A stretch of 64,000 bases of DNA, taken from Antedon mediterranea (lineage: Eukaryota; Animalia; Echinodermata). The notes beneath the pieces are model-generated. The model did not search any database. It had not been told where the DNA came from and saw nothing but the letters and a program-made list of their open reading frames with translations. Location of the stretch: the NCBI RefSeq assembly GCF_964355755.1, contig NC_092672.1:7136441-7200440 (forward strand), written 5' to 3'. Position numbers and translations under genes: made by a program. Positions within the stretch are counted from its first letter, which is position 1; every line of letters begins with the position of its first letter. Shown here in pieces: positions 24,564 to 35,563 of the stretch.

Positions 24564-24869
24564 ATAACAATGAAGTTATAAATCTTGTTGGTGGCAATGT
24601 AAAACGAGAAGGTCGACTTGAACTGAAAGGTGATATTTCTGGTACTGTTTGTTCTGTTGGCTGGACCGAAGCAGATGCTGCATTAGTCTGTAAGAGTCTT
24701 GGTTATGAAGGTGTTGACGAATATTTGGTGTATAGCTTTGGAGAAGGGAATGGGACAATTTGGTCGAATATTAATGGTTGTATTGAACATCCTACGTGTA
24801 ATCCAACGGATTCAACGGAAGATCCACAATGCACTCATGCAAATGATGTCGGGATAGTATGTTCACCTT
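24564..24869 (+). CDS. Mosaic LGR-like receptor, exon (SRCR domain 1); phase 1/1; upstream signal-peptide exon not located
   Basis: Acceptor ttttccAG at 24562-63; ...INLVGGNVKREGRLELKGDISGTVCSVGWTEADAALVCKSLGYEG...CTHANDVGIVCSP; donor T|GTAAGT at 24870; frame anchored by ORF 24725..24910. Confidence 0.8.
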
Positions 24870-25118
24870 GTAAGTTAACAGGGAGCTTCGATTTGTTACG
24901 ACCAACCTAGGCCAGGTCAACCGATGTGTCGGCGGTCCCTCGCCTGAACACAGAAACCGTCAAATCTGTGTCGAGGTGGAGATCGCGGACACACGTCCAA
25001 ATAATTTCCTCATGGTCGCCGGTCGTTTAAAAGCGAAAGCTTCTAATATTAAATTGTAATTTCAAAAAATCATGCATGTACCACTTTGAAGCTCAACTTG
25101 TTTACCCCTTTTTTAAAG

Positions 25119-25409
25119 TGACAATTCGACTTGTTGGTGGTGATAATCTGAATGAAGGGCGTGTAGAGTTTAATTATTTTGGTGAGTTTTCAACAATAAG
25201 GGATCTACATATCAGCGAAGCCGACGTCATTTGTCGTTCGCTTCCCTTTCCTTCTGCTGAGTTCTCGGATTGCTGTGGAATATATGGTACTGCCTTTGAC
25301 CTGCCTTCTTATCAAGTCGAATGTAAAGGAAATGAGAAAGAATTATCTGACTGTTCGATATATACTACCTATGATATTGACCAACAATCTGGGATTAGAT
25401 GTTCAACTG
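25119..25409 (+). CDS. Mosaic receptor exon (SRCR domain 2); phase 1/1
   Basis: Acceptor ccccttttttaaAG; VTIRLVGGDNLNEGRVEFNYFGEF...GIRCSTG; donor G|GTAAGA; ORF 25076..25474. Confidence 0.8.
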
Positions 25410-25785
25410 GTAAGAATATGCAATGCAATATTGTTTGCCAAAAGGTATCTGATGAGTTTAGAATTTCTTTATAACATTTCTATCTATTTCTTTCTATATT
25501 AACATTTGTACTAAATTTAACCTGCACTGATTATGTCAATGATAATAAATGTATGACAATTATTATACATTAAATAGTATTTTCTTAAAACAATTTAGTG
25601 TACTTAAAAGTCTTATTTCACAATATATTATTATAACACCAGCTCCTCAATTTTAGATGTTTTCTTTTAAAGAAACATGTACTAGGCCTACATCTTGTAA
25701 ATGTATTAAAGGGCGGAGAGAAGATTCTGGGTGGGTATTTTAATTATTAATTTATCTTTTAATAGTGGTTATGATATTTCCTCAG

Positions 25786-26079
25786 ATGGCGTAAGATTAA
25801 CTGGACAGTTTGAATCAGATGGACCACTTGAAATCTTTACAAGCTCTGCTTGGCATAAAGTATGTTCGGTTGATTTTAACATTGAAGTTGGCGAAGTAAT
25901 CTGCAGTCAACTCAACTTTGATGGTGTTTTAAATGTCACTGACATTGACAGTGACAACGGAACAACAACCATACGAGAAATTAATTGCACAGGAATGGAG
26001 AGAAAATTTGAAGAATGCTCTTTCAATATTGTGCCTGAACAAATGTGCACAAGTTTTGTGAAGCTGTCATGCATTGGAA
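25786..26079 (+). CDS. Mosaic receptor exon (SRCR domain 3); phase 1/1
   Basis: Acceptor atttcctcAG; DGVRLTGQFESDGPLEIFTSSAWHKVCS...VKLSCIG; donor A|GTAAGC; ORF 25731..26114. Confidence 0.8.
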
Positions 26080-26679
26080 GTAAGCAAATACAGTACTTAA
26101 ATATACATTATTAAGCAGGGACAAATTCTTGATATACAAACATTAACTTTCCCTAAGTTGTTATATATTATCTTTTTATATTAATCCACACGTCGACGTT
26201 TCGAATTTGTCTGAAAAATTTCGAGCTCAGGTATTATAAGTATGAAACGCCATGTGTGCCAAAATATTTATGTTTTACCAATATTATATTCAGCCTATAA
26301 CCAAGACATTTGACATTAGAACGTCTTCTTTGGGACACTCTATTTAGATAAACACCTTTACAGAAAACATCCTTTTCAGAGGAAACCTCTTTTCATGGAC
26401 ATTTAGGCCTCCGGGTAAAACGAGGGGCAAACATTGTATATTAATACTGTTGACAGACTCTCAGTTGAATCTCTAAAGTTTCCCTTTAATATGTGTCCAT
26501 TGTTGTAAACATAAGATATTCTTCATCCAGCTACGAAATTTATAGTAAAAAATGACTGACCTTTAATCAACAAAATATTGTTTTCTTGACAGAAAAAAAT
26601 GTTTTAATAATGACATACTGCAGCTAATAATCGTAAGCCATTTGTCTATATTAATTTGTATTTATAATAATATTTACAG

Positions 26680-26958
26680 GTGGATCAAGATTTGCTGATG
26701 GGTATACTAGGAATTCAGGGTATGCGCAGGCATACATTAATAGCGAATGGAATTATATTTGCGACAGTGAAAGAAGAGTTACTGAATTTATCTGCTTACA
26801 AGAGCAATCAACTGGTGTTCACTTAGTACGAAACCAATACCCATTCTACATTTCTGACGAATACGCTGATTGTGACATCACACCCGAAAACAGTCTACAG
26901 TGTAGTCAAAGCTTGGTTGATTGTTTTCCTTATCTTATTTATACGGAATGCTCAACGG
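26680..26958 (+). CDS. Mosaic receptor exon (degenerate SRCR-like domain 4); phase 1/1
   Basis: Acceptor taatatttacAG; SGSRFADGYTRNSGYAQAYINSEWNYICDSERRVTEFICLQEQSTGVHLVRNQYPF...YTECSTG, no stops; donor G|GTATGT. Confidence 0.65.
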
Positions 26959-27505
26959 GTATGTAATTTTTGTTTTATATGCCATCCCTGAGTTCAAATC
27001 CTTCATCTAATTTAAGCCTAATTAACCCTTCATAAAATGCATGTTGAATTCAATAAATGGTAGGTCTATAGGTCTAAATCTGTGTTAAGTGTTAATTAAT
27101 CGCTTCTAAAAGAGTTGTTTCTGACGGTACTTAATGCTTGGATAAATATTTTGCAATAACTGCTTTAAAATCAGAACGTCCATCCATACTATTTGTCATG
27201 TCATCCGCATTATTACTATGATGTCCGTCAGTTATAAGCCTCTGATGACAAATGCAAATAACGATCGACAATCATCTAAATTCATCCATTCTTTATCTAC
27301 AACACATCTTCTTCACAATAGTATAACATACACTGGTCTCCAGTACCATGAACCCCGAATACCAATTCCACGTTCTTGGTATTTATGCCGTTTGTTCATT
27401 ACGTCATTCTATTAACTAGTCAAGCATAGCGGGGAGTAACTAGTGCCATCATTTTGTTTTAAAGATGAGCTTATGAGATAATACTGTACCGCAATTTATA
27501 TTTAG

Positions 27506-27799
27506 ATGTTGTACGAATCAAGGGAGGAGGTCATCGTGGATTTGTTCAAATCTTCAAAGATGGCAAATGGAATTATATTTGCAGTGAAAACTGGAATGTT
27601 CAGACTACTGAGCTTGCTTGTAAAGAACTCAACTTTCGCTCCACTTCTACAGTGACTGGTGTTGGTGTAAACACAACCGCCGTAGTACCCGATGCTCAGA
27701 TCATTATGTGTGATGGAAGTGAATCGAGTTTGCTGAATTGTCAATTTGATACCAACATGCAATGTAAACGTCATGCTGTACAAGTCACGTGTTCTGACG
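27506..27799 (+). CDS. Mosaic receptor exon (SRCR domain 5); phase 1/1
   Basis: Acceptor aatttatatttAG; DVVRIKGGGHRGFVQIFKDGKWNYICSENW...VQVTCSD; donor G|GTGATA; frame anchored by ORF 27652..27861. Confidence 0.75.
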
Positions 27800-28016
27800 G
27801 TGATAATTTGTGCTTTTTTGCTACACTACTATTGTCCTATTATTGTATTATTTTTGTATAAATTAATTAAATTTGTCTAGACCTATCTATACTTACTTTT
27901 TCACTGCCACATTCGTGATTTTATGATAGGAGTATTGGGTATTTAGCAAGAATAGGATTACCTGTAGTAACTAGTGCTGATAAGTAGCGACATCTTTCTT
28001 TTATCTTACTCTACAG

Positions 28017-28328
28017 TTGGTATACGTCTTAGAGGATCGCCAGTAAAGCATGCTGGTCGTGTGGAAATATACAACAACAACCAGTGGTGGACGGTTTGCG
28101 ATGATTATTGGGATACCAATGACGCGAACGTGGCATGCATTATGGCGGGTTATTCTGGAGCTACCAGAGGGTATCGTGAGGCAGCGTTTGGTGAAGGGGT
28201 TGGTCCTATTTTGCGCTATGATTTTTTTTGTGACGGTGATGAAGACGACTTATTTGATTGCCCATTTGGTACACATTCCGATGGATTCTGTTCACATTAC
28301 GAAGATGCAGGAGTGATTTGTTCTACAG
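28017..28328 (+). CDS. Mosaic receptor exon (SRCR domain 6); phase 1/1
   Basis: Acceptor ttttatcttactctacAG; VGIRLRGSPVKHAGRVEIYNNNQWWTVCDDYWDTNDANVAC...CSHYEDAGVICST; donor G|GTACGT; ORF 27974..28378. Confidence 0.85.
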
Positions 28329-28717
28329 GTACGTTTCAGATCTTTGTATATGTGTACCAAAATAATCCAAAGGCATAACACCATAAAGGAGTATAACTGG
28401 GTTTACATGCAAAATTCACACATTTTTATACTTTTTATACAATAAAAAAAACACTACAAGACCTTGAGATTTAGTGTTCAGATTCAAATTCATACACATT
28501 AATTAGGTTATTTGACAATAACTAGGGCCCGCACTAGAAGCAATAGCTTGTATCATGAGGGCCCCTACAAAATAAATATAAATATGCAAAATAAATAAAA
28601 AGAAACATCCCGTCTTAATGTCTGCCCTTTCATGTTATCGTCGCGTAATTGATGTTATTGTGCCGTGATTGTAATTTGTACGATTAATTAAAATGAATGT
28701 CTTGTTCCTTGTAACAG

Positions 28718-29020
28718 ATATAATTCGTCTTTCTGATGGAAGCCCATCTGCCGGTCGGGTTGAACTATTTATCAATGGCCAATGGGGAACGATTTGTGAC
28801 GATAACTGGGACATAAATGATGCCATTGTTATTTGCCGACAATTAGGGTTTGACAGAGCTGCTAACGCATACGACATGGCTAGATTTGGTCCTGGCAAAG
28901 GTCCAATACATTTTGATGAAGTTCAGTGTGCGGGAAGCGAAACCGATATCTTACTGTGTAACACTAAAAGTATTCATGATTGTGAACATTCTGAAGACGC
29001 AGCGGTGTCCTGTGTTTCTG
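28718..29020 (+). CDS. Mosaic receptor exon (SRCR domain 7); phase 1/1
   Basis: Acceptor cttgttccttgtaacAG; DIIRLSDGSPSAGRVELFINGQWGTICDDNWDINDAIVICRQLGF...CEHSEDAAVSCVS; donor G|GTAAAT; ORF 28693..29031. Confidence 0.85.
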
Positions 29021-29951
29021 GTAAATATTGAACAAAATATATAAGTTTGAGTTTTTTTTTCACAGTAGATTTTCCGTCAGATGTTACACACAGTTGTTTA
29101 TCTTTTTCATCTAGTCAGACGAATATGTGGTGAATATTAATTTACAACATTTTGTTGTTCCATATTTTTTTTTGGACCAATTAGTTTGTGGCGAGTTAAA
29201 CTGTGGCCGAGTTTACTTGGGGTCGAGTTATGTATGGTAGATAAGATAGATGATTAAATATCAAATACCTATCATCAATACGTTAGGCAATAAGGAGTAT
29301 CTAAACATTAAATTGAAGCTCCCTTAATAAATCAACATTATTTTCATTGTAAGCTGTACTCTTTTCCTATTTAGACTCATTTGTGACTCCGTCATGGTTG
29401 AAACCATTTAACAGTATTCTGACAAAGGGTAAGTTACCATAAGATCAGTAATAACAAAGTAAATGTTATATTAATGAACAATGGACAGAGAATAAGAAGT
29501 ATTATTCTCATCTGATATATACTATAATAAAAAAGAAACGAAAATGAATAAGAATGCAAGCAAAATCATAATTTATCGAATAAGATAGTAAGATTGAAAT
29601 GAAAAGATAATATCAAGAGTAATGAAACATAAAAGAGAGAAAATTATTACATTTGAGTTTTAATTTAACAAAATAAAAATAACCCTTTACTAGCAGTAAT
29701 GATAGCTTCGATAGAAGCTCTAAGATGATAGACAATACAATTGTTATTTCTAAGAGCTATAGTGTATAAACGGAGTATTTTTAATCGAACGTTTCGATCT
29801 TTATTTTATATCTTTATCAACTCACTGCTTGTTGAATCCAATAGATTCAGGATCGGTTAAAAAATAAAATTATTGTTAATTTAAATGAAGCGAATCAGCA
29901 AATCACCCGTCGTAAACATTGAATTTTCAACAAAGTGTTCAATTTTTGCAG

Positions 29952-30284
29952 GTTGTAAAGACTATTGGTTTCAAAACGATAATTCTTGTATAACAGTTAT
30001 ACATACAGAGCATAGTACTACGCTTTCCGAATTGTCTTGTCCAGAAGGATCGTCAGTTCTTTCAGTAGACACAGAAGTAGGCATGTTAGGAGAATATCTT
30101 CGAATAATATATTACTATTATGAAGAAATCACTCTTAAACTATTTCTTTGGCAAGATGGTAAATCAAAAACTTGCACTTTTTTTAATCGTACTGGTGATA
30201 ATGGAGACACATGGGATGTGATTAGTGTACCGGCAATACAGTGTAACGACGTCTATGCTTATGTTTGTAAAATGGATATTGAAG
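29952..30284 (+). CDS. Mosaic receptor exon (C-type lectin-like domain); phase 1/1
   Basis: Acceptor caatttttgcAG; GCKDYWFQNDNSCITV...LSCPEGSSVLSVDTEVGMLGEYL...WQDGKS...WDVISVPAIQCNDVYAYVCKMD; donor G|GTACAG; ORF 29885..30379. Confidence 0.65.
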
Positions 30285-30506
30285 GTACAGTATTTGTAAT
30301 GTCTCTATGCCATTGTACAATTGGTCTGTATTTAATCATCTACTCAATGATAACATTAATGAACGAGTCTTGTGTTTAATCACGTGTGAAACCAAATTTT
30401 ATAGAGAGTGGTTCAGTACAACATACAGTATTTGTTAAATATACATCATCACATACCTAACATTTTAAAGTATTTATTTGATTAACTCAAACAAATTAAA
30501 TTTTAG

Positions 30507-30635
30507 ATCAGTCTCAAACATGTTCAAACAATCAATTCAGATGTTTATCTGGCGCTTGTATTCTAAAATCATTACAATGTGACGGAAACTTCGATTGCCC
30601 TGACAAAAGCGATGAAGATGAACAATGTATTCAAG
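30507..30635 (+). CDS. Mosaic receptor exon (LDL-receptor class A repeat 1); phase 1/1
   Basis: Acceptor aaattttAG; [37 protein letters not shown]; donor G|GTAATA. Confidence 0.75.
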
Positions 30636-30948
30636 GTAATACAGTAGGCCTATATCAGTATTATTCTCGAGATATTCTCGTGTATTTCTGGTGGAATTTC
30701 TCTCGTTTTCACGACGTAGGCATTCGCGGTCTAAAGGGAATTCTTCTGCGCAGACAAAAAAGTACAGGCCGAATGAAGATAGTTACCACCGGTAAAGTAC
30801 TATAGGCCAGGAATGAGTAGTTCTTTTTTAAAAACCAAAAATTAGTGAAACTAACCTGCTTGACAGCTTCTTTAGAAGAATGGCTATAGGCTAGGCTTCG
30901 CATATTCCATATTATGTATCAATAATATTGCGGTTTTTCTTATTTTAG

Positions 30949-31188
30949 AGTGTTCCGATTCGTTGGACGGCCACGACTATCGGGGGACAAAGAACAATAC
31001 AACAAATGGAATACGTTGTATAAAATGGACAAGTAATTTTAAAGGAACTGATGCGATATATCCAGTAGATTACATTGGTAAAGGTATTGGTGATCACAAC
31101 TTTTGTCGGAATCCAAACGGAAGACAACAGCCATGGTGTTATACAGAGGATTTTTATGAAGTTGAAGATTGTGAAATTCCATTATGTG
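30949..31188 (+). CDS. Mosaic receptor exon (kringle domain); phase 1/1
   Basis: Acceptor tttttcttattttAG; ECSDSLDGHDYRGTKNNTTNGIRCIKW...NFCRNPNGRQQPWCYTEDFYEVEDCEIPLC; donor G|GTGAGG; ORF 30963..31301. Confidence 0.8.
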
Positions 31189-31479
31189 GTGAGGAAATGA
31201 ATATCAGAGTCTATTGTATGCTGTATTTGTTTCAAACAATCTCTTATGGCCAAATCAGCCAGCGTCGTATGACGAGGCGTGAAAACATTAAACATGTTTA
31301 AAGTTCTTGTGACGACCTAAAAACTGCACCTGAAGCTAGCTCAAGACGACTCGTCTCGTTGGGATTCAACTCAGACAGCACCGACGAGTCAAGACGTTTC
31401 GTTTCACTAAAACCTATTCCAAAGTTTTGGTAACAAGTTGTTATTATTTGGGTTATAACACTATATCATTTTTTTTTAG

Positions 31480-31614
31480 ATCAAGTTTCAGATGCAGATT
31501 TAAACAATTGTCCAATCACAAGCTTCCAGTGTTCATCAGGTCATTGTATTTCCTATTCATTCCGTTGTGACCATAAACCAGACTGCCCAGATAGCTCAGA
31601 TGAACAAGATTGTA
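31480..31614 (+). CDS. Mosaic receptor exon (LDLa repeat 2); phase 1/1
   Basis: Acceptor cattttttttttAG; [36 protein letters not shown]; donor A|GTAAGT. Confidence 0.75.
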
Positions 31615-31803
31615 GTAAGTTTATGTTCACATGACTGTTATATTGTTATTTTGGATAAAGATTTGTTTAAAAAAAAGAAAAATAAATAATTTATACGCTT
31701 TGTACTTGGTGCATAGCGCACCGCATAGTCACTTGTTAGACGAACTCACTGGGCCACTCAGTGCTTTAAAATGCGCATAATACATGTTTTTTTTTAATGG
31801 TAG

Positions 31804-31920
31804 TATTCAGGAATTGCACCGATGTCGAGTTTTCCTGTGATAATGGACGCTGTTTACAATCTTCATTGCAATGTAACAGAATTAAAGACTGTTTAGATGG
31901 AACAGACGAACTAAAATGTG
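31804..31920 (+). CDS. Mosaic receptor exon (LDLa repeat 3); phase 1/1
   Basis: Acceptor ttttttttttaatggtAG (the nearer cAG gives a stop-containing frame); NCTDVEFSCDNGRCLQSSLQCNRIKDCLDGTDELKC; donor G|GTAGGC. Confidence 0.7.
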
Positions 31921-32239
31921 GTAGGCGGTTTTTCTTGGATAACATGGCATAACATTAGCACAACATTTTATTGTAAGGGGAGTTTACAGTTGGAGAGATT
32001 TTTTGGATCTTACAGTGTATTATGCCTCATGTAATGTATAGAACAACAAAAGACTGATAGGTTGTAGATACAAAATGGGAAGATCTTTAATGTATGGAAA
32101 ATTAGAAGGTGAAGCCTAGAACGTGCCGCACTGCAACTGCAATTGTATTAAAATAATTTCGCTCGAGTAACAAAAGTGCTGTATATATCCATTTATTTTT
32201 TCCGGTGCAAGTGTCACTTAATACAGTTATCTTTACCAG

Positions 32240-32365
32240 GTGAATGCAGCTCTGGTTTTTTACGATGTAGTGATGGTAAATGTTTGCACCCAAAATTCAA
32301 ATGTGATCGAATAAGAGATTGTCCAACAGGAATTGATGAGCCCATGGATGAGCCAAATAATTGCC
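32240..32365 (+). CDS. Mosaic receptor exon (LDLa repeat 4); phase 1/1
   Basis: Acceptor tatctttaccAG; ECSSGFLRCSDGKCLHPKFKCDRIRDCPTGIDEPMDEPNNC; donor C|GTAAGT; ORF 32176..32373. Confidence 0.8.
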
Positions 32366-32541
32366 GTAAGTAGTAGCAATCAAATAATCACTAACATTTC
32401 ATATTTCATTGAGTTTAGACAGGTATTTGAAGCAAGTTTTTCTTAAGTGAACATATAAATGATGACAGTGACGAAACTAGACTAGCTTTATCATTTGGAG
32501 GCAAGTTATCGCTAATTCTTGTGTTGTCATTCCTATTATAG

Positions 32542-32697
32542 AATATACTGATACAAAATCGTTATGTAATCAAACAGAGATGGTATGCGCAAATGGCATT
32601 TGCATTGATCAGCGTCACCTGTGTCTATTAGACTACGATGTGTATTCAGACGACGTTATAACAGGTTGTCGAGATCGTAGTCACTTACAACATTGTG
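32542..32697 (+). CDS. Mosaic receptor exon (LDLa-like repeat 5); phase 1/1
   Basis: Acceptor tcattcctattatAG; SLCNQTEMVCANGICIDQRHLCLLDYDVYSDDVITGCRDRSHLQHC; donor G|GTGAGT. Confidence 0.7.
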
Positions 32698-33498
32698 GTG
32701 AGTTGTTTCATGTGTTGTGCAACGTTCGTATTTATTCAATATTATAATCATACAACGATCCTGTTTATTCAGGAACGATGGTACTTGACAAAAATGTATA
32801 ACATAAAGGTTTCAATTGCTTTGTTTATCGTGCATTTTCTACTTTTCACAAGTTATGACACGCCATATATGCCTTTTTTAAATATTAAGTCAAAACACCT
32901 GGACCCGAAGACTGGCATATTAAAGTACTTTTCGTGAATAAGTGCATTTTGTAGGATTGTAGATAATAAAAAAATCATTTTGTTTGAAAAATCCAGTAAA
33001 ATAATTACTCACATTCTTTAGCTTTCGCCATCTTGGCTGACGGCTTGATCACAAGTGATCCGGTCCACGGCTACTTCCTGGAAATCTGTTGTTATTGTTT
33101 CTAGGTGACGTCATACTTTTTCGTAGCAATGATGTGTATACGTGATCGAGAAATACAGCTCCTTCGTCGTGGTTGATTGCGTTATACCCCACCCCCCCCC
33201 CTCTTTCTGATTTGGATTGCTTTTACTTTGTAAATTATTTGTTTTATTTTTAAAGTGTGAATTATTTAAAGTACGATTGTTTTATTATTTATTACAAACA
33301 GTTTTCATTGGGGACCTACATGCAACATTATAATAACTCAGCATTTATTTATTATATTTTGATTTGAAGACCCTTACAGAAGACTCGGTTCTCGGGCAAA
33401 TTGTTCCATATATTGTTCCACTAACACAAGAACTTATGAGATAAATCTCCTCTTTTTGCAAAAGTTTCTAACTCTTTAAATCATACTTTATCGTGTAG

Positions 33499-33732
33499 CT
33501 TCATTCGAGTGTCCAGCAAACACATACAAGTGTCCGAGCTCGTACTGCATAACAATCAAAAGCCGATGTGATGGGCGAGATGATTGCGAAAATGGAGAAG
33601 ATGAACAGTATTGTGAGGATTATAACTGTCCAGGATACTTCAAATGTCAAGATGCGTCAAATTGTATTTCTCAAGGTCGTGTGTGTGACGGAATCAAAGA
33701 CTGTCTTCGTGGGGATGATGAACTTTTTTGCG
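33499..33732 (+). CDS. Mosaic receptor exon (LDLa repeats 6 and 7); phase 1/1
   Basis: Acceptor ctttatcgtgtAG; [75 protein letters not shown]; donor G|GTAAGA. Confidence 0.8.
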
Positions 33733-33924
33733 GTAAGATGTGATTCAAAATTCAAAAAATATTAATACTAAATAAATAGAGAATCAGTCATAAAATAAGT
33801 AACACAAAGTGTCATCTATGTGTTCTAGATTATTTGGATACGTTGATTTAGGAAAAAATGAAACCGTAACGAATTGATCTTTAAAATTGTTCAAACTACT
33901 TTTCATTGATAAATTGTGTCATAG

Positions 33925-34033
33925 ATATACAGTGTCCTAACGGGTGTTTCTGCCAGGACCTTTCATACAACTGTCATGGAGTAGAATGGACAGCGGAAAA
34001 AGCTGCCTTAATTTCGCCAGATGTACGATACTT
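33925..34033 (+). CDS. Mosaic receptor exon (LRR N-terminal cap); phase 1/2
   Basis: Acceptor aaattgtgtcatAG; DIQCPNGCFCQDLSYNCHGVEWTAEKAALISPDVRYL; donor TT|GTAAGT. Confidence 0.7.
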
Positions 34034-34246
34034 GTAAGTAAAATAATTTATATTTTTATATATGTATTGTTTATAAAAAGGTAACTAAACATTGTTTCCT
34101 TGCAAACAATTCCATACACAATTTGTCGCAGCCAATCATAAGATCAAAGGACTGTTAAAACTTGGTCCTATATTGGCAAGGCGAGCTCAACATCATGTTG
34201 TTAAATTACCTTGATATTAAATAAGTTCTTTTTTTTTTATTTTCAG

Positions 34247-34339
34247 AAATCTAAGCAAAGTATCTATAGTTCCTTCAGAAGACACAGGTGAAGATCTGCT
34301 ATTCTTAAATCCCAGTATTTTCAAATTAAATTTTGTTTT
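34247..34339 (+). CDS. Mosaic receptor exon (atypical 31-aa LRR); phase 2/2
   Basis: Acceptor ttttttttttattttcAG; NLSKVSIVPSEDTGEDLLFLNPSIFKLNFVL; donor TT|GTAAGT. Confidence 0.6.
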
Positions 34340-34510
34340 GTAAGTTATATTAAATAAAAATAATGTTTAAATAATATTTATGTATAGAGATGAATAACTA
34401 TGCGGCAGTAGTAGAGTATGTTCAAGTATTTTGTTTACACTTGTAGATGTAGTATAACTATTGTGCTTTTTTTTAAACATTACTTAATAATGAGCATTTT
34501 CTTTTTACAG

Positions 34511-34582
34511 AGATATCTCTGGAAACAATATCAAGAAACTAACAGGTGAAATGTTTTATCAGTTAGACCATCTGACAACTCT
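34511..34582 (+). CDS. Mosaic receptor exon (LRR, 24 aa); phase 2/2
   Basis: Acceptor cattttctttttacAG; DISGNNIKKLTGEMFYQLDHLTTL; donor CT|GTAAGT; 72-nt exon typical of LGR LRR exons. Confidence 0.7.
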
Positions 34583-34802
34583 GTAAGTCGTCATCACAAT
34601 TTAGTAAACAGTTTTTAAAAATGGTTTTTGCATTTGGACTTTTGTCAATAGACGTAATAGAGGCCGACGTCATTAGGTTCCTATCTAGAGATCATGTATA
34701 ACGTTATACAGTAATATGTATTCATCAAATGCACCAGAAAGCAGAATAGCAGGTTTATCGTAAATAGTAACGAATTTATAAACTTATATTTACCTATTCT
34801 AG

Positions 34803-34874
34803 ATACATGCAAGGCAACGATATATCATCATTAGAAGGCGATGTCTTCCAGGATTTAAAACAATTGAAATATCT
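34803..34874 (+). CDS. Mosaic receptor exon (LRR, 24 aa); phase 2/2
   Basis: Acceptor tatttacctattctAG; YMQGNDISSLEGDVFQDLKQLKYL; donor CT|GTAAGT. Confidence 0.7.
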
Positions 34875-35103
34875 GTAAGTAAACAATGTTAAACTTATAT
34901 AGAGTAGACTAGTTGTAGTTTTTGGTAAACCTTTGAGTTTATTTTTTTCTAAACCTAATCTGAAGCTCATTAAACATGTTTAGTTAAATTTCTTTATACC
35001 GCTACAATTATAGTAGACTATATATATAATACTTTTGCATAAAAAAACATAAAAAACATACATCAACATTTCGGAACTAATTGTTTATTTGTTTCATTAA
35101 CAG

Positions 35104-35175
35104 TAATATTCATGGCAATGGATTGAAATCCATCGGCAAAGGAACATTTTTCGGATTATCAAAACTCCAGTATTT
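35104..35175 (+). CDS. Mosaic receptor exon (LRR, 24 aa); phase 2/2
   Basis: Acceptor ttatttgtttcattaacAG; NIHGNGLKSIGKGTFFGLSKLQYL; donor TT|GTAAGT. Confidence 0.7.
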
Positions 35176-35367
35176 GTAAGTATAAAGTATTTTAAAGATG
35201 TACGTGAAATGTATCGGTTAATGGAGAAAACACCTTACAATTTAAATACAAAATAGCAAAAAAATATACACAAATATTAAATTACTAAGTAAAAGTTTCA
35301 GATAGTTATTTATCGTGTATATACATATAACAGAATGGTAACATTATTTATTTGTGCTCTATTTTAG

Positions 35368-35439
35368 AAATATGTCTGGAAATAACATTGGTAACGTTGA
35401 TAAATTGATATTCAAGGACTTGATGTCTCTTAAAACATT
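35368..35439 (+). CDS. Mosaic receptor exon (LRR, 24 aa); phase 2/2
   Basis: Acceptor tgctctattttAG; NMSGNNIGNVDKLIFKDLMSLKTL; donor TT|GTGAGT. Confidence 0.7.
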
Positions 35440-35563
35440 GTGAGTAATGCATCTTATGAAAGACAGACTCTTCTACAAAGTATATACAGCAGCTCTTGCT
35501 CTTATAGCGGTGTTGTGTCCATGTAGGAACCGCGAGCTTCATGAAGTAGTTTTTTCATTTCAG

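Noticed and set aside
35348-35542. Minus-strand 64-aa ORF
   Set aside because: Antisense to receptor LRR exon/intron; no support.
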